Positions 18,785 through 28,150 of a stretch of DNA of 64,000 bases are shown here, piece by piece. The notes under the pieces were generated by a model. It worked only from the letters and a program-made list of their open reading frames with translations, was not told where the DNA came from and did not search any database. Source of the DNA: a virus (Duplodnaviria; Caudoviricetes); IMG/VR virus record IMGVR_UViG_3300033463_000086, positions 1 through 64,000 of that record. One strand, 5' to 3'. The position numbers and the translations under genes were made by a program. How positions within the stretch are numbered: the stretch's first letter is position 1; every line of letters starts with the position of its first letter.

Positions 18785-19944
18785 TAGTCTTCCTCGTACA
18801 GAACAGCGATAGCCTTGAACAGAGGATTACCAGTAGGAGTACCATTATCCGTACTGCCGATAACAGTGAGCTTGCCGTCATAGGTGCGGAAATATTCACC
18901 GTACTTAATCAGGGATTCGAGCAGTTTGAAGCTGACCGTGAATCTGATTGTCTCATTGACTTTCGGAATATCACAGCGTTCATAGATACGGCTCCCATCT
19001 TCACGAACCGCAGTCAGGATAAAATAGGAAATGTCTGGCGGAGCCTCGATTGTTTCCTGTTTCGTCTTGATTGTGTTGCAAATATGAACAGTAACGCGCT
19101 TGACCTTATTGTTGTTGCCGCTGAATGGGTTAGCCCTGTCCATAGCTTCTTCAACGCTCTTATTGATACGGAACACAGGACTATTGCCGGGTTCAAGCAC
19201 AGATTCCATGTAGTTCGCATCGAAAGCGTTATCAGAGCGTGTCCTTGAAGAGAAGATAACACCGTCAGCAGTACGCATGTGAAGCCAACCGTTCTTGATG
19301 CAGTATTTCGGTCTGCCTTTCATGGGGTCGATAGCCATGTACTTCTGAACGAAAGTCTGAGATTCGCTGTGGATAAAGACAGTTTCCTTGATGGAGAAAG
19401 CGTCAATACCCTGCTGTTTCATGTCAAAGCAAGCGAATCTGTCCTTTCCGTTATAGCCGTACATCTTGCCATCGTTCACTGCAACATGGCTGTACTGGTT
19501 ATCACTTTTATCCGAAGCCCAAGCGGTATATTGCATAGCCGTAACAAAGGAATCGGGAAGCTCATGCCAGTTATCCTCGTCCGTTTCAAGGTATTCTTCA
19601 TCAAAGTCAATATCGTCTCTGATTGCAAATTCGACACGGCTCTTATCACCTGCTTTGACACCAAGAGTACCATTCGGCGTGACACCAACCATAATCTCTT
19701 TTTCTTTGAGTTTACGGAGATAGTCATACAGAAGGGCAAACTCAACGTCAATACATCTTGCGTCAAAGTTCAGCTCGGAAGGAATCACAAGCATAAACTG
19801 ATTCGAGATACAGTGAATCCGACCATGTTGAATAATGACATATTTGGAGGGGTCGGTGTTCTCTGTGGTATCGGGTTTGATGATTTCCTTGATGATGCCC
19901 AGAGCCTTCAAAATGTCAGCCCGGTTGACGGTAGCTACGTTCAT
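18784..19944 (-). CDS. Probable sliding clamp (DnaN/beta-like)
   Basis: 386 aa (beta-clamp size), N-terminus resembling beta clamps (TVNRADILKALGII), in the same operon as the polymerase and clamp loader. Confidence 0.55.
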   Translation of the reverse strand: MNVATVNRADILKALGIIKEIIKPDTTENTDPSKYVIIQHGRIHCISNQFMLVIPSELNFDARCIDVEFALLYDYLRKLKEKEIMVGVTPNGTLGVKAGDKSRVEFAIRDDIDFDEEYLETDEDNWHELPDSFVTAMQYTAWASDKSDNQYSHVAVNDGKMYGYNGKDRFACFDMKQQGIDAFSIKETVFIHSESQTFVQKYMAIDPMKGRPKYCIKNGWLHMRTADGVIFSSRTRSDNAFDANYMESVLEPGNSPVFRINKSVEEAMDRANPFSGNNNKVKRVTVHICNTIKTKQETIEAPPDISYFILTAVREDGSRIYERCDIPKVNETIRFTVSFKLLESLIKYGEYFRTYDGKLTVIGSTDNGTPTGNPLFKAIAVLYEED

Positions 19945-19953
19945 TGTTTCTCC

Positions 19954-20433
19954 TTAAAGTTTGGTTGTTAAGTTGAGTGAGTAAGTGTTTCCATCGCTTG
20001 TCGTGATAACTGAAACCCTCTTTGAGCCGAGCAGATTCAACATATCCTTGACTTCCTGTTCGAGTGCTTCACTTTCCGCACCCATTTTAGAGGCAAGCAG
20101 AGCAAGGATTTTTTCGATAGTGAAGAGGGATGCGTTTTGAAGCAAGATAACCTCGACTACCATATCTTCAAGAGTTGTTTCTGTCTTGTTTTCCATGATA
20201 GATTCAGGTGTTTCAAGCCCAAGCTCGTTCTGCATAAAGGTTACGTCTTCCTTGTCGAATGAACGTACTTCCCTCTGCGATAACTGCTTGATTGTAGAAC
20301 ACAGGAGGCGTTTCAATCTGCCTGTGTTCGACTTATGCGCCGATTCAATTTCCTTTGTTGAAAAATTGAATAACGAGGCTATCTTGTCAAATATCTCAAT
20401 GAGTTTGCGGCGGTCTGTATCAGTCTTCGTCAT
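19954..20433 (-). CDS. Hypothetical protein
   Basis: Start moved to ATG 20433, overlapping the upstream gene. Confidence 0.55.
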   Translation of the reverse strand: MTKTDTDRRKLIEIFDKIASLFNFSTKEIESAHKSNTGRLKRLLCSTIKQLSQREVRSFDKEDVTFMQNELGLETPESIMENKTETTLEDMVVEVILLQNASLFTIEKILALLASKMGAESEALEQEVKDMLNLLGSKRVSVITTSDGNTYSLNLTTKL

Positions 20434-20737
20434 CGTCAACCTCTTCAGCATCAGTAATTTCAAGACTGTCACTGAGCATCTCAATAATAGCTTTTTTGAC
20501 GAGATATGCCTGAGTTGCGTCAGTGTCTTCCTGAAGTTTACTGACAGTTTCTTCAAGTTTATCCATACGCTCACAGAGTTCATTAAGAACACCAATCGTG
20601 AACTTCTTGAAGTTGTTGTTACGCACATCAGCATTCAGCTCGTGGATTGCTTCTTTATCAACAATGCCGACCTTCTTGCAGACGTTAGCGAGTTTCTTTG
20701 CGGAGATTTTCTTGATAGTGAGTTTCATGTTTTTCAC
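20420..20737 (-). CDS. Hypothetical coiled-coil protein
   Basis: 105 aa; overlaps the helicase stop. Confidence 0.55.
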   Translation of the reverse strand: MKNMKLTIKKISAKKLANVCKKVGIVDKEAIHELNADVRNNNFKKFTIGVLNELCERMDKLEETVSKLQEDTDATQAYLVKKAIIEMLSDSLEITDAEEVDDDED

Positions 20738-22272
20738 CTCGTGGTTGGTTTTGGTAGTTCAGCGAAGTTATGGACACTTAGAATGTGAGGCGTTCCACAA
20801 GCCAAGCATCCGTAAAGTTTAGCCTGTTGTCGTTCATCATAAGGAGATTCACGTTTAAGTAATGCCGCAATTCTCCAAATGTTCTTGATTCGCTCTTCTG
20901 GTGTCTGATTGATAGCGTAAAGAGCTGAACAGTTATCAATCTTTCGTTTATCCTCAGAGAACGATGCCAACGTCAAATCCTCTGTATTAAAGCCTGTTGC
21001 GTTGGATTGTGTAGCCGTAACAACAAGGCATTTGAATATATCGGCATAAGCACGTATTGACCGCCACCTCTGATTGACTGCCTCGCGTGGGTCTCTTCCC
21101 TCGGTTGCCATAGCGTCAATGTAGTCTATAACAACCACGTCAGGATGTTCCCAACCGAGCTTCTTGCAGATGTTCTTTGTCAGCGTAACCAGACCGCTAT
21201 ACGTAAGAGAACCTAATGGAAACTGCTCAACGTACAGACTGCCTTTGTGCTTCTGATTGACCCAAGAATCACGCATGAGTTTGGCAATTTCAGGTGTCAG
21301 AATCGGGTTATGCACCTGACGATAGGACACAGCTTCCTTATATTCCTTGCAAGCCTTATCATCACATGGGATATATTCGTCGCTTGTGATAACAGGTCTA
21401 TCGGGAATATCGTTCCATTCGTTGAGAAGACTGCCACTGCCTTTACGCTCAAAACAAGTGCCTTTTTGGTTCTTTACGCAATCCAAACAAGGTATGAATT
21501 GTTTATCCGCATATTCAGGTGAGGTGGAAGTCTTGGCATCACCGCAGAGGATTCGTTTGTTGACCTGATTTTTGGTAAGGTCTCCGCAACTGATGAAGAG
21601 GGTTTTGTTTCCCTGATTACGTGCTACTCTGGCTGTGTAAATGAGCATGTGAGATTTGCCCACTTTACCACGACCCTCAAACACGACAAAGGAATTTCGG
21701 GTAAGCGTATTGTTCATAAGCCTACCTAATTCACCCTCGAAGGAAATCAGCCGTTCATCCTCTTGACGGAACAAATCATCAATCTCGGAATCAGTGGCTT
21801 GCAGAATATCGGTTGAATTGACTACGACAGGCTTAATCTCATCAACAGAGTTAAGGAGTTGTTTAGCCTCATCGAGTTTACCTGATTCTACTAATGCACT
21901 GGCTTCTTCCGAGGACAGCTTGATGATTTGAGCCTGAAAGTAGTTGTAAGCCTCGTCAATCTCAACCTGAATGTCGGTAATCGGTTCCTGATTGGCAAAC
22001 GAAGACAAGACAATCTGTATCTCTGATGCCACTTCGGGTTTGATTTTACCTAATGCAACCTGATTCTTAAAGACGCGCTCGAACTTATCTTCCGGTGCGG
22101 TGTGGAACTTATTGAAGAAGACAATGCAGATACGAGCCATGACAGAGTAGTACCGATTCGACAGTACGCCCTGTTTGTATTTATCCGCAAACTCTTCAAG
22201 GAACTGTGTGGAGTTGACCATATCATAAACGATACGTAACTCCAAATCAGCCGTAGCCTCAATTATTTCCAT
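20734..22272 (-). CDS. dnaB: Replicative DnaB-like helicase
   Basis: Walker A GRGKVGKS, Walker B VVVIDYID, VVTATQSN, EDKRKID. Confidence 0.88.
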   Translation of the reverse strand: MEIIEATADLELRIVYDMVNSTQFLEEFADKYKQGVLSNRYYSVMARICIVFFNKFHTAPEDKFERVFKNQVALGKIKPEVASEIQIVLSSFANQEPITDIQVEIDEAYNYFQAQIIKLSSEEASALVESGKLDEAKQLLNSVDEIKPVVVNSTDILQATDSEIDDLFRQEDERLISFEGELGRLMNNTLTRNSFVVFEGRGKVGKSHMLIYTARVARNQGNKTLFISCGDLTKNQVNKRILCGDAKTSTSPEYADKQFIPCLDCVKNQKGTCFERKGSGSLLNEWNDIPDRPVITSDEYIPCDDKACKEYKEAVSYRQVHNPILTPEIAKLMRDSWVNQKHKGSLYVEQFPLGSLTYSGLVTLTKNICKKLGWEHPDVVVIDYIDAMATEGRDPREAVNQRWRSIRAYADIFKCLVVTATQSNATGFNTEDLTLASFSEDKRKIDNCSALYAINQTPEERIKNIWRIAALLKRESPYDERQQAKLYGCLACGTPHILSVHNFAELPKPTTR

Positions 22273-22874
22273 TCGTTCACAACCTCGTATTGGTTAGTCA
22301 TTTCAGCAAGACGCATGGCAATCTTAGGCTGTGCAGGTAATTCCGTTGCAGTCATAAGAAGTCGTTTCCCTGCACCGTGAAGCGTCTTGATAATGTAGTA
22401 GACGTAATCGTAGGTATAATTGTTATCAACGTAGAAATCGTCAATAGCAATAACACCGCAATTCAGCATGTCGTTCACAATATCACGGTACGCTTCCGGC
22501 TTACATCTGAGGGTACACATAACGCTGGACCAATCGCAGAACTTGACCTTAAAGCCAGTAAGGATAGCCTCTTTCAGCATACCAACCATTTGATAAGTTT
22601 TCCCTACACCTGATTCACCATACCAAATAGTACCTTTAACGAACTCAAGAGAGCTGAGGTCATACATGGCTGTTGTAAGGTGTGCGGCTCTGTAAATGTT
22701 TGGTACGCCGAGTTTTATCATAAGCTGAATCATGGCAACGTTGCTCATTTCCTGCATACGGTTGAGTTTATTTGCATTACAGCTCGGACACCACTGAGTA
22801 AGCTCTTCCACCTTGCCGTCAATGAGAAAGCGGAAATCAAGTAAAGGGGTATTACACTTCGGGCATTGGTTCAT
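22263..22874 (-). CDS. DnaC/IstB-like ATPase (helicase loader)
   Basis: N-terminal CxxC...CxxC, Walker A GESGVGKT, Walker B IAIDDF. Confidence 0.78.
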   Translation of the reverse strand: MNQCPKCNTPLLDFRFLIDGKVEELTQWCPSCNANKLNRMQEMSNVAMIQLMIKLGVPNIYRAAHLTTAMYDLSSLEFVKGTIWYGESGVGKTYQMVGMLKEAILTGFKVKFCDWSSVMCTLRCKPEAYRDIVNDMLNCGVIAIDDFYVDNNYTYDYVYYIIKTLHGAGKRLLMTATELPAQPKIAMRLAEMTNQYEVVNEWK

Positions 22875-23190
22875 TTTTATACCTCACGATGACAAGGCGT
22901 TTCGGGTGGTAGTATTTGTTTACGGCTTCAAGTTCCTTTGTTCCTCCGGCTATGACAGAACGAACAATGTCCTCTTTCACTAACCGATTGAGGGAAAAGT
23001 ATTCGTTATTAACCCATTGAGAAGTAGCGAGTTTCTTGAAGAATATATCTAACTCGTCTCCTGTGAATGGTTTGAGGTATTCTTGCAGTTCAGCATGTTT
23101 CGTACCCCTCGGAATCGCCATAGCTTTGTTCGTTATCTTGATTACTCTCTTCACGAACTCCACTATTCCGCTGTTGTCGAATTGCGGCAT
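22852..23190 (-). CDS. Hypothetical protein (possible replication initiator partner)
   Basis: 112-aa ORF directly upstream of the loader. Confidence 0.45.
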   Translation of the reverse strand: MPQFDNSGIVEFVKRVIKITNKAMAIPRGTKHAELQEYLKPFTGDELDIFFKKLATSQWVNNEYFSLNRLVKEDIVRSVIAGGTKELEAVNKYYHPKRLVIVRYKNEPMPEV

Positions 23191-23344
23191 AATGTCTCCT
23201 TTGTTCTTGTTTGATTTGTTTGACGTAACGGTATATGGTTGCAGAAGAACGCCCTGTCCTTCTCACAATTTGAGGTTGACTGAAACCAAGATGAACAAGT
23301 TTCCTGATTTCTTCAACCTCTGATGGTGTTAAGGTATCTGGCAT
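23090..23344 (-). CDS. HTH DNA-binding protein
   Basis: LTPSEVEEIRKLVHLGFSQPQIVRRTGRSSATIYRYVK; AAGGAG RBS. Confidence 0.65.
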   Translation of the reverse strand: MPDTLTPSEVEEIRKLVHLGFSQPQIVRRTGRSSATIYRYVKQIKQEQRRHYAAIRQQRNSGVREESNQDNEQSYGDSEGYETC

Positions 23345-23358
23345 TATATCTCCTTAGT

Positions 23359-23435
23359 TGGTCGGGGCAACAGGATTTGAACCTGCGACCTTATGCTCCC
23401 AAAGCACACGCTCTACCAACCTGAGCTATACCCCG
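23359..23435 (-). tRNA. tRNA-Pro(UGG)
   Basis: 77-nt cloverleaf starting CGGGGTA, anticodon loop TT-TGG-GA, T-loop GGTTCAAATCC, encoded CCA. Confidence 0.95.
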
Positions 23436-23445
23436 AATTGTTACA

Positions 23446-23480
23446 ATATAATATACACCGCCAAACTACGAAAGTCAAGC
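23446..23480 (-). promoter_or_regulatory. Sigma70-type promoter for tRNA-Pro (TTGACT-N17-TATATT)
   Basis: Same motif family; overlapped by the 9-bp inverted repeat ATACACCGC/GCGGTGTAT. Confidence 0.72.
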
Positions 23481-23507
23481 GGTGTATCAAAGATTTTTCG
23501 GAAATTT

Positions 23508-24377
23508 TTAGAATGAACCACGGAAGTCTTTATAAGCAGGGAAGATACCGTTTTTCGCCAAGCGTATAATCTCCAACGTTTCATTCTGTAGTGTAGGTCT
23601 GTAAATGGCATCCCAATAGTCAGCAGGGATTTCTTTCATTTTTATCCCTGCGTAACGACCAACCTTCATAATTGGTTCTTTGCTCATTGAGAACGTAAAC
23701 AAACCGTCAGGGTCAATGAGATACTTGTCGTTATTTGACACTGTAAGGAACCATGAGAGTTCACGAGGTTTTCTTACACCGTCATTGAAACGCTCAAGTT
23801 GCTTCTCAAACACTTCCCGATAAAGCGTAGTGTGCATGTCAGGTTCGCCTCTCAACTCAGCCTTACGTGCATTGAAGCCGTAGGGAAATACATCGTTGTA
23901 AGCCATGCTGAGATATTGCTTGCCCCTGAAATGAAGACCACGAGCAACCATTCTTATCCGGCTTATATCGAGCTTACCTGCAATACTGAAAGCACCTCGA
24001 TTATCTGTCTGATATGCCTTACGGAGTGGCAGACAAACATCGTATTCAAGATTGTTACCGCACAGAATACAACCTTCAAGGTCATAATTCAGTTCGGTAG
24101 CAACAAGACAGAAAAACTCGCCCTGATTCTTGATGGTGCTGTAGGTTAATCCAACATCAGACCAGCCGTTTTCCGCTTTTGTTATCTCGAACGGAGGATA
24201 AACAATGAACTGCTTGTTGTGAAGTACCTTGCTCTCATCGAACCTATATTCCACAACCTTATACTCAATATAGACAGGGTACACGTCCTTAGTGCCTCGT
24301 GTACCTACCTTGTGAGCATAGCAACAGTGGATATAGGCTATCTTGTTTCCGTCAAGCCAATGGTTTACTTGGAACAT
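23508..24377 (-). CDS. Putative DEDD-type 3'-5' exonuclease with ExoX-like C-terminal domain
   Basis: LCGNNLEYD resembles Exo II; C-terminal MKVGRYAGIKMKEIPADYW resembles the small ExoX/DUF3820-type domain. Confidence 0.5.
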   Translation of the reverse strand: MFQVNHWLDGNKIAYIHCCYAHKVGTRGTKDVYPVYIEYKVVEYRFDESKVLHNKQFIVYPPFEITKAENGWSDVGLTYSTIKNQGEFFCLVATELNYDLEGCILCGNNLEYDVCLPLRKAYQTDNRGAFSIAGKLDISRIRMVARGLHFRGKQYLSMAYNDVFPYGFNARKAELRGEPDMHTTLYREVFEKQLERFNDGVRKPRELSWFLTVSNNDKYLIDPDGLFTFSMSKEPIMKVGRYAGIKMKEIPADYWDAIYRPTLQNETLEIIRLAKNGIFPAYKDFRGSF

Positions 24378-25650
24378 TGATATTCTCCTGTTTGATTAGA
24401 CGGTCGATTGCTCTTATTACACGCTCTGATGTAATGTTTCTGGTGCATGAGAACTTTGTCGTTTCAAGTGCATCTCGTTCCTGTAGAAGCATGTTGCGCT
24501 CTTCCATCGTTGGTGCTTCGTAGATTTTCTTTGTAAGCTCGAAGACCTTTTTATCGACACGAGGACACCAAAGCCAAGCACTATGCCAGAAAGGAATCGT
24601 CATATCGCCCCAACAGTCTTTACACGGATTTTCTTCATTGAAAACACGGTAAGGAGTGTAGAACTCATTTTTAGGTGCTGTGAATCCTGAAATCATAACA
24701 ACAGGTTTCTCACACGCCCAAGCAAGCCAAGACAGACCTGAAGTCATACCGATAAAGAACTCAGCACCTCTTATCTGATTGACACGATGCTGTAAGGTAT
24801 AATCACCAGTCCAGTCAATAGCTTCATGTGGAGCTTTCTGATATGAACCCGGCAGACCAACGATGTTTGTTTTGTCAATGCACATCACGTCAAATCCAAG
24901 TTCGTTCAGGTGTTTTATCACGTCAGACCACCCATACGGATTCCACCACAGCTTGCATCCTTTACTGCCTGAGAAACCGATACAGACATAAGGACGGTCT
25001 GTTTCAATCTGTTTGGTAGCTTTCAGGATAGGCGGTTTAGGTTCGATATTGTTCGGCAGTCCCAATATGTTAGCCGCTAAACGATTCAAACCATGCTGTT
25101 GATAAGGAAGTTTACCCCATAGCGGCTCAACGTCCTTATCGAAGAAGATGCCGATAAAATACGTTGCGTATATGGGTATCTCGGACAGCATTGATTCGTC
25201 AGACACCATTGTTATCTCAGGATAATGTGGCGCAAACAACTCCACGAACCAAGGCTGTGCAAATACAATCGGCTTGCATTTGTGCTTTTCGATGAACGCG
25301 AGTATCTGCGAGAAGTGGGCAATACAATCACCCAGCGTTTTATGGGCGATTCTGAACCTGACGTACCTGTCCTTGCAATCGAATGTGGTGGAGAAAACAT
25401 TGTGGGACTTCGTGTTGAGAGCCACAATCTTCCACTTCACATAATATTTGGTTGGGGTGGCGAAGTAAGCACCGGGGGCAAGCTCTACATGATATAAGAG
25501 GTCCCCTGTGTCTTCATTGAAAAAGCTGACAGACCAAGTACCTTCAACATCCTTTGGTGTTTTTACCTCAGCCCCATAATTGAAACTGAACTGGATTCCG
25601 GTAACAGGGTCTTTCAACAGTTTCACATCATCTTCAAACTGTTCCATCAA
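24352..25650 (-). CDS. Autotransporter O-heptosyltransferase family (Aah/TibC/BAHT-like) glycosyltransferase
   Basis: GT-B motifs FIGMTSGLSWLAWACEKPVVMISGFT and four C-terminal Cys (CKDC, WCP, FSCT) matching the Fe-binding pattern of TibC. Confidence 0.85.
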   Translation of the reverse strand: MMEQFEDDVKLLKDPVTGIQFSFNYGAEVKTPKDVEGTWSVSFFNEDTGDLLYHVELAPGAYFATPTKYYVKWKIVALNTKSHNVFSTTFDCKDRYVRFRIAHKTLGDCIAHFSQILAFIEKHKCKPIVFAQPWFVELFAPHYPEITMVSDESMLSEIPIYATYFIGIFFDKDVEPLWGKLPYQQHGLNRLAANILGLPNNIEPKPPILKATKQIETDRPYVCIGFSGSKGCKLWWNPYGWSDVIKHLNELGFDVMCIDKTNIVGLPGSYQKAPHEAIDWTGDYTLQHRVNQIRGAEFFIGMTSGLSWLAWACEKPVVMISGFTAPKNEFYTPYRVFNEENPCKDCWGDMTIPFWHSAWLWCPRVDKKVFELTKKIYEAPTMEERNMLLQERDALETTKFSCTRNITSERVIRAIDRLIKQENINVPSKPLA

Positions 25651-26588
25651 TTTAACAGCTCCTTAATCTCGGCAAGTTCTTTTCTACCGTCCTTTGTTTT
25701 CAGGAGGTCATTCAGGTCTTTTCCATGCGACCAATGAATACGGTAGACTTCTGTACGGTGTGAGAGTTGGTTTACGAGCTGATGTGCCGCAGATTCACCA
25801 GCCGAATCCATATCGTAGGCAACGTAGACCTTACCGAATGTAGCCAACTCGTTTATTTGTTCTCTTGTGAAACAGCAACCGTGAGTATGAACAGCACCGT
25901 CACCAACAGACATGGCATCGTAGGCGGCTTCCGTAACGATAACAGTATCAGCCGGAACATTATCAATACCCCACAGGAACGACTTGCATGGTATCAACTC
26001 TTCGTATTCGCAGGCGGTTATGTACTGTTTCTTGACGTAACTGCCACACTGAAACGAAACAAGCTGACCCTGCAAGTAATTCGGTATTACAATGCAGTTG
26101 GCGTACTTGTTTGAATACCGCTGTTCCTTGACCGTCTTGTAGTATGTGAGGTACTGGTCTGCTATGCCTGTTGAACTGAGGTGGTACTTCCTGATTACAT
26201 CGTCAGCACAATCAGGGAACCGCTTCATCAGGTACTCATAAGCACGAAGAAGCATAGCACCATTCCCCGGCAGTACAACTTCTTTAGGACGCAACGAAAT
26301 CTCCTTCATATCCTGTTTGTCAATATTCTTGAACAAACCATGAAGGATGTGCCTTGTTTCAGTTCGTTTCGTACCGAGCAAGTTGGAAAAGACTGCTACG
26401 GTGGAATGGTAGCCGCACTTGTAACAGTTGCAGTAACCTTCTTCCAAATTGATACCAAGATGAAAGTTCGTATCACCAGACATGCAGAATGGGCAACAAA
26501 TCTGAACCCATCCACGCCGACAGTGATGATTGCCTTCAAGTCGGTAGTCAATATGGTTATCCTCTAAAAAATCAATCACTCGGCTCAA
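25647..26588 (-). CDS. dnaG: DNA primase (zinc finger + TOPRIM)
   Basis: CCPFC...H...CYKCG, IVTEAAYDA, AYDMDSAG, KDLND. Confidence 0.85.
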   Translation of the reverse strand: MSRVIDFLEDNHIDYRLEGNHHCRRGWVQICCPFCMSGDTNFHLGINLEEGYCNCYKCGYHSTVAVFSNLLGTKRTETRHILHGLFKNIDKQDMKEISLRPKEVVLPGNGAMLLRAYEYLMKRFPDCADDVIRKYHLSSTGIADQYLTYYKTVKEQRYSNKYANCIVIPNYLQGQLVSFQCGSYVKKQYITACEYEELIPCKSFLWGIDNVPADTVIVTEAAYDAMSVGDGAVHTHGCCFTREQINELATFGKVYVAYDMDSAGESAAHQLVNQLSHRTEVYRIHWSHGKDLNDLLKTKDGRKELAEIKELLN

Positions 26589-26704
26589 GTCTCACCTCAC
26601 CGTTGGATTTGATGTACATTTTCTTGAAAGTACCGTCTTCGTCCTTGTATTCACCCACGTAAACATCGTAGGTATCGGGTGTAGTGTCTTCGGTGTTAAT
26701 CTTT

Positions 26705-26908
26705 TTATCGGGCATAATTACCTCCTGTAGTTTTGAGTGTAGACGTCAAGTTTACGACATCCTCATTCTTTGCTGTAAAGCCGGGGTGTGTATTGAAGTT
26801 ATCTGGAATGTACGAATAACCTGCACAGTCATACCCACATTCAGCTTGTGAGTTTGTCAGTTTGCAGTTCCCTGTATTCGGGTCGTATCGTGTGCAATTT
26901 GTCTTCAT
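26705..26908 (-). CDS. Small Cys-containing hypothetical protein
   Basis: ATG start MKTNCTRYDP downstream of tRNA-Gln; the longer ORF call overlaps the tRNA. Confidence 0.45.
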   Translation of the reverse strand: MKTNCTRYDPNTGNCKLTNSQAECGYDCAGYSYIPDNFNTHPGFTAKNEDVVNLTSTLKTTGGNYAR

Positions 26909-26923
26909 AATTTCTCCAAAAAA

Positions 26924-26997
26924 TGGCAGTCCAGCATGGATTTGAACCATGACCGACAGGACCAAAACCTGTTGTGCTACCGTTACACCACTGGACT
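26924..26997 (-). tRNA. tRNA-Gln(UUG)
   Basis: 74-nt cloverleaf, acceptor AGTCCAG/CTGGACT, anticodon arm ACAGG-TTTTGGT-CCTGT, encoded CCA. Confidence 0.93.
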
Positions 26998-27002
26998 GCG
27001 TG

Positions 27003-27233
27003 TTATTGTTCGTTTGTTACAGAGCCAGCCAACATATCATGTTTAGCCGCCGCACCAAGTTCTTTTGTTATTCCCGGTTCAAATGTATTCAATAGGTTTG
27101 CAATATCACCAATGGAATCCTGAAACCGACGCCCCCATGCATACGTATCACACATGTAGCGATAGTATAACAATTTCAGCAGGTCAACACAGAAATGTAA
27201 CCTCTCCGCTGTCGTGTAGGGTGGGACAATCAT
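27003..27233 (-). CDS. Hypothetical protein
   Basis: 76 aa; ATGA overlap with the MTase. Confidence 0.5.
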   Translation of the reverse strand: MIVPPYTTAERLHFCVDLLKLLYYRYMCDTYAWGRRFQDSIGDIANLLNTFEPGITKELGAAAKHDMLAGSVTNEQ

Positions 27234-28150
27234 TTTTGAAGTACCTCTACTTGATGTTGAAGGTGGTAAGTTAAAAGGTCATATTGATGTTTAGGAACAA
27301 ACAAACATTCTTTCACAGGGTGCATACACTTCGGTACAGGTCCGAATATTGTGCGGTGGTCGAAAGAGGCAACCTTCAAGAATGTATCAGGCATTTCGTA
27401 CTCTGATATGAAAGTCAACTGCTCCTGTTTACTGCACCAATCGTAAAACGCCTCGTAATCGAACTTTTGATAGTTATACGTGCCTGTTCCCTTATACGGA
27501 ATATCGCAGTAAACCACGCTGTAAGGCTTTATAACCACGTCCCGATAGTCAAGGGCAGTAATTATAGGTCTTTTGATATTAGCCAGCCTTAAAAGCCGTG
27601 TAAAAGCGTTGTAGTGTGGCAATACCAAATGAATCGTATCGACCGTAGATGACTGCTCCCTGATAGCGTGTTGAACCTGACTGTATCGCATTTCCAGCGT
27701 ATAGTAATCAAGGTTCTTCAGGTGTTTCAAGTCAATACCGTAACGCTTCATACCTGCTCCGTCACCAAAGAAGACGGCATTGTGGTACTGGCGTTTGTAG
27801 TCCTCAATCTCCCTGCTGTAAGCGTATGTCCTCCAATTATTACCGAAGGAGAAACAACATGAGATATAGGGGTCTGTTCTGCGCTTGTACTTGAACTCCG
27901 ATATGTCAGCAAAGTGGTTCTCGTGTCTGAAACCATCACTGATTGCCCTGTCGAAGCTGTCCATAACGAACTTATCATTGTCGTTGGTGTAGACAGTGCC
28001 GAACTTCAGAGGCATAGTTGTAGCGTAGTGTGAAACGGAACCGCCACCTGCAAACAAATCATAAAAGTTATCTGCGGCTGGCATAACGTCAAGGATTTTT
28101 TCGGCTAACCTGCTTTTGCTACCCTGATAAGGCATACCGTATAGGTTCAT
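27230..28150 (-). CDS. DNA adenine methyltransferase (Dam/D12-like)
   Basis: PYQGSK, motif I DLFAGGGSV, motif IV variant VYCDIPY; start moved to ATG 28150 with a GGAGG RBS. Confidence 0.85.
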   Translation of the reverse strand: MNLYGMPYQGSKSRLAEKILDVMPAADNFYDLFAGGGSVSHYATTMPLKFGTVYTNDNDKFVMDSFDRAISDGFRHENHFADISEFKYKRRTDPYISCCFSFGNNWRTYAYSREIEDYKRQYHNAVFFGDGAGMKRYGIDLKHLKNLDYYTLEMRYSQVQHAIREQSSTVDTIHLVLPHYNAFTRLLRLANIKRPIITALDYRDVVIKPYSVVYCDIPYKGTGTYNYQKFDYEAFYDWCSKQEQLTFISEYEMPDTFLKVASFDHRTIFGPVPKCMHPVKECLFVPKHQYDLLTYHLQHQVEVLQK

